DNA of 64,000 nucleotides. Origin: Candidatus Moraniibacteriota bacterium. GTDB taxonomy: Bacteria > Patescibacteriota > Minisyncoccia > Moranbacterales > GWC2-37-73. Under the pieces are notes generated by a model. The model was not told the DNA's origin. It searched no databases and saw only the letters and a program-made list of their open reading frames with translations. The position numbers and the translations under genes were made by a program. The stretch lies in the NCBI GenBank assembly GCA_036845785.1, contig DAIUDF010000002.1, positions 4,552 to 68,551 of the forward strand, given 5' to 3'. Shown here piece after piece: positions 19,819 through 28,637 of the stretch (position 1 is the stretch's first letter; the number at the start of each line of letters is the position of its first letter).

Positions 19819-20910
19819 TTATTTTTTTACATTGATAGTCGTATACTTTCCATTCGTCAGATAATTTAAATTGACATCCACTCTGCCTTCTTTGACATTA
19901 ATAATGCCAAAAGCTCCTGGGTATTTTGGATTTTTATAAACTCCGGGGAGAGAAAAATATTGAACCCCGTCATCCTTTTCATAGTAAAGATTCTCGATGT
20001 GTCCGCTAAAAACGGCTAAAACATCATGTTTAGCAAAGATTTTTCTAAGTTCATCGGCATTGTCAAGAAAATTGAATTTTGATTCAAAACCAACATCTAG
20101 AAGGGGGGTATGGTGAATAAAAATGATAGTTTTTTTCTTTGTGTTTTTTAATTCTTTTTCTAGCCATCTGAGTTCTTCACTTGAAACATGACCGCGAGTA
20201 TAACCGTTTCCGTTAGTCACATTTTTATCTTTAGATGTGAAGTTGCTGTCTAAAATTATTATTTTATAATTCCTTAATTCGAATGATTTTCTGAGATAAT
20301 TTATGCCTAAAGCATTTTGCCATTGTTGTTTTGTAACCGAACGCAAATCATGGTTGCCTAAAACCCAATATTTTTGTATTTTTGATAAATTAAAAATATT
20401 TTTAACCAATTGCAGTTGTTTCAGGCCCGTATTGGCCGGTATTTTTGTTCCTTCAATAACATCGCCGTTTATTAAGATGAAATCAGGGACAATTTCATTA
20501 TTCATTTTTTTAACAAAATGATAAATTCTATTTGTAAACGGCCCAGCAAGCGTATTGGTTGAAGAGCCGTTAAATACATGCAGATCGGTAATAAAACCAA
20601 TCGCTAATTCGTCAGAACTTCTTGCAATGGGAACATAGTCGGGCAACTGGGAAGACAAATCCGTCTCATTTTCATCTGTCTTTGCGTCGGTTTTTGTTTC
20701 CTCAGTTTCTTCTTGCGCGGCAAGTTCTTCCATATCATTTTCAAGAATCTTAGACGCTTTCGCTGTCATATTTTCTGCTACTGGATTATAAGTAGCGCTT
20801 TTTTGCAAAGCATCAATATAACTTCTCATGTTTAAAAAAACAAAAAAAGCCATAAACGCAATTGCTATAAAAAAAATAGACAAATAAATAAGATTATTTT
20901 TTTTCTGCAT
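19819..20910 (-). CDS. membrane-anchored calcineurin-like metallophosphoesterase
   Basis: N-terminal TM anchor and acidic linker, then 'DLHVFNGS', 'GDVIEG', 'GNHD', 'GHIEN' metallophosphatase motifs. 5-nt gaps to both neighbours indicate an operon. Confidence 0.6.
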   Translation of the reverse strand: MQKKNNLIYLSIFFIAIAFMAFFVFLNMRSYIDALQKSATYNPVAENMTAKASKILENDMEELAAQEETEETKTDAKTDENETDLSSQLPDYVPIARSSDELAIGFITDLHVFNGSSTNTLAGPFTNRIYHFVKKMNNEIVPDFILINGDVIEGTKIPANTGLKQLQLVKNIFNLSKIQKYWVLGNHDLRSVTKQQWQNALGINYLRKSFELRNYKIIILDSNFTSKDKNVTNGNGYTRGHVSSEELRWLEKELKNTKKKTIIFIHHTPLLDVGFESKFNFLDNADELRKIFAKHDVLAVFSGHIENLYYEKDDGVQYFSLPGVYKNPKYPGAFGIINVKEGRVDVNLNYLTNGKYTTINVKK

Positions 20911-20915
20911 ATTTA

Positions 20916-23546
20916 TTAGTACATCAAAACCGCGACCGGTTCCATTTTGGCCACAACATTGATTATATTGTTTTCTTCCAAACCGCTTATAACTTTTTCT
21001 ACATCTTTATAATACGAACTATCCTGCAAAATCACGCCTTTGGAGGCAGCGTTATATAATTTCACCTTGCTTTGCTGCATTTTTTGGAAGAGTTCTTTTT
21101 TGTTCTTGGCGGCATTTTCTTGGTGGTGTTTGCGGCGTCCGGTGCCATGCGGAGCTGAAAAAAATGTTGATTCATTGTTGTCCGTGCCAACACCGATGTA
21201 GGCAGCAGTGCTCATGGAAGAGGGAATAAAGACCGGTTCGCCGGTTTCTTTGAAAAGCGGATGATCTTGCATGCGGGCGGGTCCGAAGGCGCGCACACTG
21301 CCGTTCCGGTGCACCCACACATTCTGGCCGAAATGATTTTCTTTTTCGATAGAAATATGGGTTGTGTCATACAGAAGATCAAGTTCGACTTGCTTACCGA
21401 AAACTTTTTCCAAAGCATTGTCTAAATGATGGGTTATAACAATTCTGTTGGCAAACCCAAAATTGGCAGCAGCACGATGTGCGTTCCAAAACATCCGTCC
21501 TTCCATAGAATCATCTTCGTAACCGAAAAATTCCTCCTTGTTTTTATAAGCTTCAATTTTTTTGGCCAAGCGCTGATAAACTTTTTTCATCTGGCTGCCG
21601 AAAAAAGTGGTGCCGATTTTCAAAACAATCTGCTGGCTCAGGTGTTCTTTCTTTTTGGGGGTGTACATATAGGAAGCATATTGGCCCATTAGGCCGCTGC
21701 CGGTGTGGATCAAAAAAACATACTGGCCGGTTTTGAGGCCGAATTTTTCAGCAATTTCCGGATTTTTAATTTCCGATATTTTCATGAGATCCAGAAAATG
21801 ATTGCCGGCTGCGCCTAAAATTCCCAGGCGGTAGCTGCCAATTTTTATGAAAAGTTCCGGCACAGAATCCAGAATGTCGCGGCAGCCAGCTGCTTCATCC
21901 CGGAAAAAATTTCCATTGGCAAAAGCGTTTGTAATTTCGTTTTTTGTGCGGATCTTGAAATGATCTAGCAAAGGAGCAGCGCCCGCAAAACATATATTCA
22001 AGGCTGTGCGGTAGGGCACCGGAGTGCCTATGTATTTTTTAGTCGGAACGACTTTAACTAATTCCTGAAAAAGCCGGTCAATACTTTCTGAAGTAACTTC
22101 ATTGTCAAACAAATTAGTTTTGACAAGCCTCATGCCGCAGTTGGGAGCAGTGTCGTTGATTTGCGGCAAGAAAAATTTTTCAGTTGCGACCACGCTGCCG
22201 GTGGGAACTTTGCGTCCTTTTTTGGAATGGACATCGCTCATTTCGGCGACGTGATGGAAAAGGCGCTGGTCTCCCGCCAAGGATTCAATTTCAGAAAGCG
22301 TTTTATCACTGGGCAACAAATCATCAGAAACATGCAAAACGGCCGGAATTTTCATTTTTTCGGTTCGGAGTTCTTTTTTATTGGCGCTCAGGGAATTGAG
22401 TTTATAGGCGGATTCCATAATATTATCTTTCAAAAATTTGTTATAAATATTTTTGTATTGTTCGGCCACATTTTTAATGTCAAAATTGTTCTGCACGAAC
22501 TCGCGGGCGTTTTTGCCAAGGGCAGTTCTTTTTTCCGGATTACTATAGAGATCTAAAATAGCTTCATTTAATTTTTGCACGCTGCCTTTTTCGATTCTAA
22601 CAGAGTTTTCTTCTTTTGCGAACTCCCGAAGAAGCGGCAAATCGGAAATGATGACCGGTTTTTCACAAGCCATAGCTTCAATGACAGCCAAGGGCACATC
22701 AAATTTTCCCTGCATGTTTTTGACCGGAAAAATGCTGATGTCAGCCATATTGTAAAGTTCAAAGACATCATAGAGCCCGTCATCATGAAAGGCTACACGA
22801 TTTAACAGATTATTTTGTTTGAAAATTTCAAAAACTTCTTTTTTCTTGGCTGCATCTTTCTTGTTTTTTATTCTGACAGCCAGAGAAAGCTTGGCTTCCG
22901 GAATCAACTTGGCAATTTCCAGAAAACTTTGCACCACAGTATCCATGGCATCGTTCCGGATATACTCGCCGGTGAAATTGATGATAAAATCACGGGGAGC
23001 AAAAGAATATTTTTGAAGATACTCCGGATTTTTGCCGGTGTTTTTATAAATATCAAGGTCGATGCCGGGATAGATCCTTTCCACATTGCGAAAACCCATT
23101 GCCAGCAGCTTTTTTTTGGTGTAATCGGAATAGGTTATAAGCATGTCTCCAAAAAGCATTTTCTTGATTTCGGCTTCGGAAAAAAGGTCTTCTCGCAAAG
23201 TGGCGATTGTTTGGATTGTATGAAAACGGTCTTTTTTATTTTTAATGAAATTTTTAACCAGGAATGAATTTTGCTTGGTCGGCGTGAAGAGAAAATGCAA
23301 AATGTTGAATTCTTTTTTGAAAGTTCTAAGTTTCAATATTAGCCGGACTTTTTGCCACCAGGAAAAATCGCTTTGAGTATAAATCGGTTTTTGAAGGACA
23401 GAGTCTGGCATATAGGAAAGTTCGCCTTTGGTTAAGAGGCCGATTTTAAAATCAGAAATATTTTTAGCCAGAAAAAAGGCAAAGTTTTTCGAGCCTTCAT
23501 CCCAAGGGGGAGTGATAGGGCGAGTAACAAGTAGGATTTTCTTCAT
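20916..23546 (-). CDS. fusion protein: N-terminal GT4 glycosyltransferase domain + C-terminal RtcB-like RNA-ligase domain
   Basis: Residues ~1-400 are GT4 ('FDVPLAVIEAMACEKPVIISD'). Residues ~400-886 carry RtcB hallmarks in order: 'MSDVHSKKG..PTGSV', 'NCGMRL', 'HTGSGLMGQ', 'FGFANR', 'HRNGS', 'IPSSMSTAAY', 'HGTGRR'. Single uninterrupted 886-aa frame. The track start at 23576 is TTG; the ATG at 23546 is likely. Confidence 0.55.
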   Translation of the reverse strand: MKKILLVTRPITPPWDEGSKNFAFFLAKNISDFKIGLLTKGELSYMPDSVLQKPIYTQSDFSWWQKVRLILKLRTFKKEFNILHFLFTPTKQNSFLVKNFIKNKKDRFHTIQTIATLREDLFSEAEIKKMLFGDMLITYSDYTKKKLLAMGFRNVERIYPGIDLDIYKNTGKNPEYLQKYSFAPRDFIINFTGEYIRNDAMDTVVQSFLEIAKLIPEAKLSLAVRIKNKKDAAKKKEVFEIFKQNNLLNRVAFHDDGLYDVFELYNMADISIFPVKNMQGKFDVPLAVIEAMACEKPVIISDLPLLREFAKEENSVRIEKGSVQKLNEAILDLYSNPEKRTALGKNAREFVQNNFDIKNVAEQYKNIYNKFLKDNIMESAYKLNSLSANKKELRTEKMKIPAVLHVSDDLLPSDKTLSEIESLAGDQRLFHHVAEMSDVHSKKGRKVPTGSVVATEKFFLPQINDTAPNCGMRLVKTNLFDNEVTSESIDRLFQELVKVVPTKKYIGTPVPYRTALNICFAGAAPLLDHFKIRTKNEITNAFANGNFFRDEAAGCRDILDSVPELFIKIGSYRLGILGAAGNHFLDLMKISEIKNPEIAEKFGLKTGQYVFLIHTGSGLMGQYASYMYTPKKKEHLSQQIVLKIGTTFFGSQMKKVYQRLAKKIEAYKNKEEFFGYEDDSMEGRMFWNAHRAAANFGFANRIVITHHLDNALEKVFGKQVELDLLYDTTHISIEKENHFGQNVWVHRNGSVRAFGPARMQDHPLFKETGEPVFIPSSMSTAAYIGVGTDNNESTFFSAPHGTGRRKHHQENAAKNKKELFQKMQQSKVKLYNAASKGVILQDSSYYKDVEKVISGLEENNIINVVAKMEPVAVLMY

Positions 23547-23682
23547 AATATTCAGAAAATAATTTTTAATTTCCAATTTTTAATTTTTAATCAATTTCCA
23601 ATGTTTTAGTTTAAAAATCAAATTGCTGGCGTGCTTTTTTTGGCTTATATTAGGTATTATTTATGATTTTATGTTTAAAGCA

Positions 23683-23711
23683 TTGACAAATTTTTTTAGA
23701 TATGCTACAAT
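23683..23711 (+). promoter_or_regulatory. perfect-consensus sigma70 promoter (TTGACA-17 bp-TACAAT) with no downstream ORF
   Basis: TTGACA 23683-23688, 17-bp spacer, TACAAT 23706-23711. Confidence 0.6.
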
Positions 23712-23717
23712 ATACAC

Positions 23718-23890
23718 TTGAAAGTGATGGTGTGTGTTCTTTAAAAGAGTTTAAGGATTTTTTCTCACACCACAAAAATATAAAGGTGGTCTACCGAAGA
23801 ATGCGGGAGTAGCGTGTTGGATACAGCATAACACGTGAAGCATGTCAAAGGAGATTAGAAAAATCCCACATCATCATTTTCTTTTTTATT
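23718..23890 (+). ncRNA. candidate small structured RNA (~170 nt; 6S-like or unknown)
   Basis: No ORF on either strand. The 5' segment GAAAGUGAUGGUGUG pairs (two G-U wobbles) with the 3' segment CACAUCAUCAUUUUC, which is immediately followed by a U-run. Internal hairpins are also present. Confidence 0.35.
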
Positions 23891-23891
23891 T

Positions 23892-23966
23892 AGGCGCTTA
23901 TACTCGAATCTCTTGTGTCCCAGAGTGGACATATATAAAGAGTAATAGAGGAAGCGCCTTTTTTCT
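23892..23966 (+). terminator. second hairpin + T-run (AGGCGCTT ... AAGCGCCT, TTTTTTCTTTT)
   Basis: Perfect 8-bp closing stem enclosing a GUGUCC/GGACAU inner stem; T-run on the + strand only. Confidence 0.45.
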
Positions 23967-24004
23967 TTTATGAAAAAACTTTTTTTATATTAATTCTATA
24001 AAAT

Positions 24005-24367
24005 TTACAAATTCTTATATATCTCTTTTTTATTATCGCCGGCAGTTACTGTTATGGTAATTTTTCTATCGGAGAAATCCACAGTATCTTTTGGAACAGG
24101 AACGGTTTTTGTCTCACCCGATGGAACAGACAAATTGCTTTCTATGACTACTTTTTTATCAATCAATATTTCATAACGGAAATCGGAATTTTTACTGTGA
24201 TTTTCAACGGCAAAGTCCAGTGAATCGCTTTTGGGATCAGTAAAATACAGCATCCAGACATTGCTGTTGTCGAGGTTGGTATTTCTGGATTCAACAATAG
24301 TCAAAAAAACAAAACTTAGAAATAAAAAGAATATTGTTGAGAAAATTATTAATTTATCGGTTTTCAT
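24005..24367 (-). CDS. small exported or membrane-anchored hypothetical protein
   Basis: N-terminal hydrophobic segment; 120 aa. Confidence 0.4.
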   Translation of the reverse strand: MKTDKLIIFSTIFFLFLSFVFLTIVESRNTNLDNSNVWMLYFTDPKSDSLDFAVENHSKNSDFRYEILIDKKVVIESNLSVPSGETKTVPVPKDTVDFSDRKITITVTAGDNKKEIYKNL

Positions 24368-24477
24368 TTTTCTTCAGATTTATGAAATTATAAATGTCCC
24401 CACTAATTTACCAATCAAGTACTAATATACTAATGCTGGCAATAATTTTATTTGCATATTAGTAAAATTATTAATAA

Positions 24478-26400
24478 TTAGCTGGACTTATAAAATACTC
24501 CAACTTCGTCTCCTGCATAAATCTGCCAGAAATTGCCAAGTCTTTGGAACTGTGAGCTGTCGATTTTTGGATTGAGCATAATAAAATTTGTCTTTGTTCC
24601 TGTAAAACATTTTTGAGCTTCCGGGCTGCTGGGGAGTGAAATCATCTTATTTGTGCATTGCTCGCGCGGCTTGGTTTCATCCTCGTAGCGTTTGAAATAA
24701 CCCCGAGAGAGCGGATAGTTATAGCCGCGCATAAAGAACAATTTTATCCAGGAATCTCCGGAAAGATAGTTGTGATCCTTGAGAACAATATCGCTCTCGG
24801 ACAAATGCTGAGCCAAATATTTTGAAGCCGCATAGGTTTGAATGGATTTTCCGGCACTGCTGTCAAAGTCGAGCGACTGCGAATTGTCACGCAATCCGTC
24901 CGCCGCAATGAAAATCATGAATGTAAAAAATAAAAGCAAGACGAAGAACGGTTTTATATAATTTTTATTTCTTTCTTCAGCTTTCAATAGAGCAAAGAGG
25001 CGGACAAGCGCATAGGCTGCCACAATAGCAACGGGGAAAACCACATAGCTGGCAATTCTGGTTGAGGGAATGTCAATAAAAAGCAAATCTGGTTTTAGTG
25101 ACATTAAAACCAGGATACCCAGCCATCCCAACAAAAACGCCTGATTGTATTTTCCGATTTTGCGCGCAAAGAAAAGCAAAATAAATCCTAAAAAGGCAAA
25201 AGCAAAGCGGGCTTCTCCGGCAGTGGTTTTGAGCTGCGTCAATGTAATGCCGGCGCGGGAAGCTTTGCTGGGCGTGCCGACGGCCGTATCAATAGCCGAT
25301 GAATTAAGATAAGTCGGAACGCATATAAAAAATATGAAAGCCGCGCCCAGAATTATAATTGAAATTACTGAAGGAGAAAGAAACATTTTCAGCCACTCCT
25401 TCGCTTCGAATTTTATGGTTCGGAAATTTAAAACAATAAAAAATATGAGAGCAAAGATAGCTGCGAAAATAAACACAAAAGTGCTGAGATGATGCGTGTA
25501 GACGAGTCCTAGGGTTGTGAAAATAGCCAAAGAAAGCAAATACGCTTTCTTTTTTGAGAAGGCTTTGATGTAAAAAAGCATGGCTAATGGAATAAAAAGA
25601 TTGCCAATAGCGTTGCCGATAACGCCGCCGCTCACGAATTTTGCCTGCGGGGAAGCCAAAGCATAGAGCGGTCCAATAAGGAAAAGAGCCATGATAGCAA
25701 TCATGTCTTGGCGCTTTGCTCCCCCAAAAATTTCACGAGTTAAAATAAAAATTGCTAAAATCGACATTATTTGAATAAGAAAAAGGACTAATGATGGAAA
25801 TGAAGAAATAAAATCCTGACCAGAAATAAGAGCAATAGCAGCAAAGATTAAGTGTTCTCCAATTATGAAATCGGCAATTGGCGCAGGACTTTCAATTGTA
25901 TAGTCACTGCCGATGTCAGCTTTTTCGTAGACAGGCAAATGGCCGGTGGTTGTGATTACTTTTGACCAATACATATGATGTCCAAGGTCAGTCGAAGTTG
26001 GCGGAATTGTATCCTGAAAGTAGATAGTTTTAATAAAAATTGTCAGAAAAAGCAGAATTAATACCAAAACGACTGATTTTTTGGAAAATTCTTCCTGTTG
26101 GGGCTCTGCCTGAATTTTTTCTTTGGATTTAAAGTAAAAATAGATTGCAGAACAAATTAAGGAAAAAATGATTATGGCTGCCAAAATTGACAAAGAAGTT
26201 ATTTTAATTCCGGTTTTACCCAGAATTATTATCAAAAAATCAGAAACAACTATGCTCAATCCGAGGGATATTATAAAAATCTCCAAAGCAGAAAAATGAT
26301 TTTTCCTTCTCGTCGCCAAAAGCAGAAAATAACCGGGAACAAAAAGAACCAGTGCAATGGCGATGTAAAATAATAGTTGTGATGTTATGAATTGAAACAT
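24478..26400 (-). CDS. large polytopic membrane protein, putative GT-C-like glycosyltransferase
   Basis: 640 aa with >12 TM helices, extracytoplasmic loops and a C-terminal soluble domain. In an operon with the GtrB-like GT2 and a GT4. Confidence 0.35.
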   Translation of the reverse strand: MFQFITSQLLFYIAIALVLFVPGYFLLLATRRKNHFSALEIFIISLGLSIVVSDFLIIILGKTGIKITSLSILAAIIIFSLICSAIYFYFKSKEKIQAEPQQEEFSKKSVVLVLILLFLTIFIKTIYFQDTIPPTSTDLGHHMYWSKVITTTGHLPVYEKADIGSDYTIESPAPIADFIIGEHLIFAAIALISGQDFISSFPSLVLFLIQIMSILAIFILTREIFGGAKRQDMIAIMALFLIGPLYALASPQAKFVSGGVIGNAIGNLFIPLAMLFYIKAFSKKKAYLLSLAIFTTLGLVYTHHLSTFVFIFAAIFALIFFIVLNFRTIKFEAKEWLKMFLSPSVISIIILGAAFIFFICVPTYLNSSAIDTAVGTPSKASRAGITLTQLKTTAGEARFAFAFLGFILLFFARKIGKYNQAFLLGWLGILVLMSLKPDLLFIDIPSTRIASYVVFPVAIVAAYALVRLFALLKAEERNKNYIKPFFVLLLFFTFMIFIAADGLRDNSQSLDFDSSAGKSIQTYAASKYLAQHLSESDIVLKDHNYLSGDSWIKLFFMRGYNYPLSRGYFKRYEDETKPREQCTNKMISLPSSPEAQKCFTGTKTNFIMLNPKIDSSQFQRLGNFWQIYAGDEVGVFYKSS

Positions 26401-26475
26401 AATTTATTATTTTTTAAATTTCCAATTTCCAATGACAAATGTCAAATCAAATCCAAAATCCAAATGACAAAAGAT

Positions 26476-27600
26476 TTATTTCGAATTCGATATTTGGCCT
26501 TTATTTGACATTGGGAATTTGTCATTTGTCATTACAGCTTTTATTTCTTCCAAATATCTTTGCGAAATATGTTCCCAACTGTAATTGTCAATTATGAATT
26601 GGCGTGTTTTTTCTCCAAAAATTTCCCGTGGACTGCCTACTGCAAAAAGTTCGTTTATTTTTGAAACATATGCATTAGCATTACCGGATTCAACCAAGAA
26701 ACCATTTTGCCCGTCCTTGATTGCGTCTTTTAGCCCTTCCAGAGATGAAGCCAAGACAGGCAAACGGCAAGCACCGGCCTCAATGACAGAAATTCCAAAG
26801 CCCTCCATATCTCCGGGAATTTTGATATTCGGCTGGACAAAAAGATCAGCCGTATTAAGTAGAGCATTTCTGACTGAATCAGTGATATAGCCAAGCACGT
26901 GCACCCGGCTGTATAAATTATTTTTTTTGATCATATCAAAAATATTCTGTTTGTCCGGACCATCTCCGGCGATTATATAGATAAAATCGCTGTCCAATTT
27001 TGGCATGACATTATCAATAAACCAGGCCACACCTTTTCTTTTGGCCAAGCGTCCGGAAGTGAGCAGAATTTTTTTGCCAGCCACTGTTTGTTTGATGATT
27101 TTTTCCAGATTTTCACGGCAAGAATCAACCAGATGTTTTTCAGTATCAACGCCATTGGGAATAAAAACAATCTTATTTTCCGAAATTCCTTTTTCTTTGG
27201 CAGTTTTTATGGTCTCATTGCCAACAGCAATAAATTTGTCAATTTTTTTCATAAAAATTCCTACCCATATTTTTTGATAGATAGGATTTTTCCAAGTCAG
27301 ATCCAAACCGTGAGCAATTGCTACAACTGGTTTTTTGCTGCCAAAAAGTTTTAGCCTCCAGGCGACATTAGCCAAGATGCAACTGCCCAAAACAACCACA
27401 TCATATTTTCGAGACGATAAAACAGCGCGGATAGTGGTGTACGCCAAAAAAAATGGAATCAGCCATCTTTTTTTGTTAGCGATCAATTTCACTTCCGTTT
27501 GTTTAGAAAGCCACGTTGAAAGCTCAAAATTGTGCGTTTCAACCCCGCCCACAATTGGTGGAAATGTGTGGGAAATAAACAAAATTCTTGGTTTGTCCAT
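26476..27600 (-). CDS. glycosyltransferase family 4
   Basis: 'ISVIEAGACRLPVLASSLEGLKDAIKDGQNGFLV' and the N-terminal 'ILFISHTFPPIVGGVE'. Confidence 0.7.
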   Translation of the reverse strand: MDKPRILFISHTFPPIVGGVETHNFELSTWLSKQTEVKLIANKKRWLIPFFLAYTTIRAVLSSRKYDVVVLGSCILANVAWRLKLFGSKKPVVAIAHGLDLTWKNPIYQKIWVGIFMKKIDKFIAVGNETIKTAKEKGISENKIVFIPNGVDTEKHLVDSCRENLEKIIKQTVAGKKILLTSGRLAKRKGVAWFIDNVMPKLDSDFIYIIAGDGPDKQNIFDMIKKNNLYSRVHVLGYITDSVRNALLNTADLFVQPNIKIPGDMEGFGISVIEAGACRLPVLASSLEGLKDAIKDGQNGFLVESGNANAYVSKINELFAVGSPREIFGEKTRQFIIDNYSWEHISQRYLEEIKAVMTNDKFPMSNKGQISNSK

Positions 27601-27679
27601 GCCTAAATTATAACTTATTATTAGATTTATTTCAAGAAAAAAGCCGCCAGAAAATTGGCGGCTTAAAACGTGTATAAAA

Positions 27680-28633
27680 CTATTTCTTGTATTTTTCCAC
27701 TTTGAAAAGATACATTTGTTCCTCGGTCAGTTTGCGGTTGGATTTGATCATATCGGCTATGAGGGCAAAAATAGCCAGCTGGATGCCGAAGAAAATGCTG
27801 ATGGAAGAAAATATTATGTAATTTTGGTATGGCCTGATTTTAAAATCCTGAAAATAATGGAAAGCAAAAATGCTCATTCCAATAAGGCCGATAAATATAA
27901 AAAACAATCCCGGCCAGCCGAAAAACTTAAGCGGACGGACATCGCGAATAGCTTTCAAAATTATCTTGAATGAATTGCCGACAAATTTCCAGATTGATTT
28001 GGTAATTTTAGCTTCTCGATTGTCAAAATAAAAAATCGTGATTGGCATCCAAACCAATTTCAGATCTTTTCCGATTGCATCAATAATGGTTTCCTGCGTG
28101 TAGGTAAAATGCGTGTTGACCAGATTGAGCCTGAGCATGGTTTCCCGATTATGTGCCCTGAATCCACAAGTCAGATCATTTGTTTCATGTCCCAGAAAAA
28201 ATCCGATAACATTGGCAGCAAATTTATTGAGACTTTTTCTAATCCAGGGAATATTTTTAGCTTTAATTTCTCCGAACCTATTGCCAATAACCATATCTGC
28301 TTTTCCTTCCAGAATAGGCTTCAAAAGTTTTGGTATTTCATTGGCGTCAAATTGTCCGTCAGCGTCAATATTGACCATGATATCTGCGCCATTTTCCAGC
28401 GAATTTTCAATAGCTCTTTTGAAGGAATAAGCTAAACGCCGGTTAGGCTTGTAGGAAACTATCAAGTCAGCACCGGCTTCTTTGGCTTTTTCTGCGGTTT
28501 TGTCTGTTGAGCCGTCATCGACAACCTGAATAAGCACTTCATCAATGCCTGCAAATTGGCGGGGGATTTTTTTTATTGTTTCGGCTATTATTTTTTCTTC
28601 GTTATAAGCCGGAATGTTGACGATTAATTTCAT
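27680..28633 (-). CDS. GT2 polyprenyl-phosphate sugar transferase (GtrB/DPM1-like, C-terminal TM helices)
   Basis: 'MKLIVNIPAYNEE', 'VVDDGSTDKT', 'DADGQFD', two C-terminal TM helices. The ATG at 28633 is preferred over the track start at 28693. Confidence 0.7.
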   Translation of the reverse strand: MKLIVNIPAYNEEKIIAETIKKIPRQFAGIDEVLIQVVDDGSTDKTAEKAKEAGADLIVSYKPNRRLAYSFKRAIENSLENGADIMVNIDADGQFDANEIPKLLKPILEGKADMVIGNRFGEIKAKNIPWIRKSLNKFAANVIGFFLGHETNDLTCGFRAHNRETMLRLNLVNTHFTYTQETIIDAIGKDLKLVWMPITIFYFDNREAKITKSIWKFVGNSFKIILKAIRDVRPLKFFGWPGLFFIFIGLIGMSIFAFHYFQDFKIRPYQNYIIFSSISIFFGIQLAIFALIADMIKSNRKLTEEQMYLFKVEKYKK

Positions 28634-28637
28634 ATTG

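Noticed and set aside
22161-23267. Plus-strand ORFs of 131-150 aa inside the GT4-RtcB gene
   Set aside because: They are antisense to a long conserved ORF and have low-complexity F/K-rich translations.
19211-23576. Interpreting the kinase/phosphoesterase/RtcB operon as a classical cytoplasmic Pnkp-like RNA repair system
   Set aside because: RtcB does not require 5'-kinase or 3'-phosphatase healing steps, and the phosphoesterase is predicted to be membrane-anchored and extracytoplasmic. Reported only as an open question.
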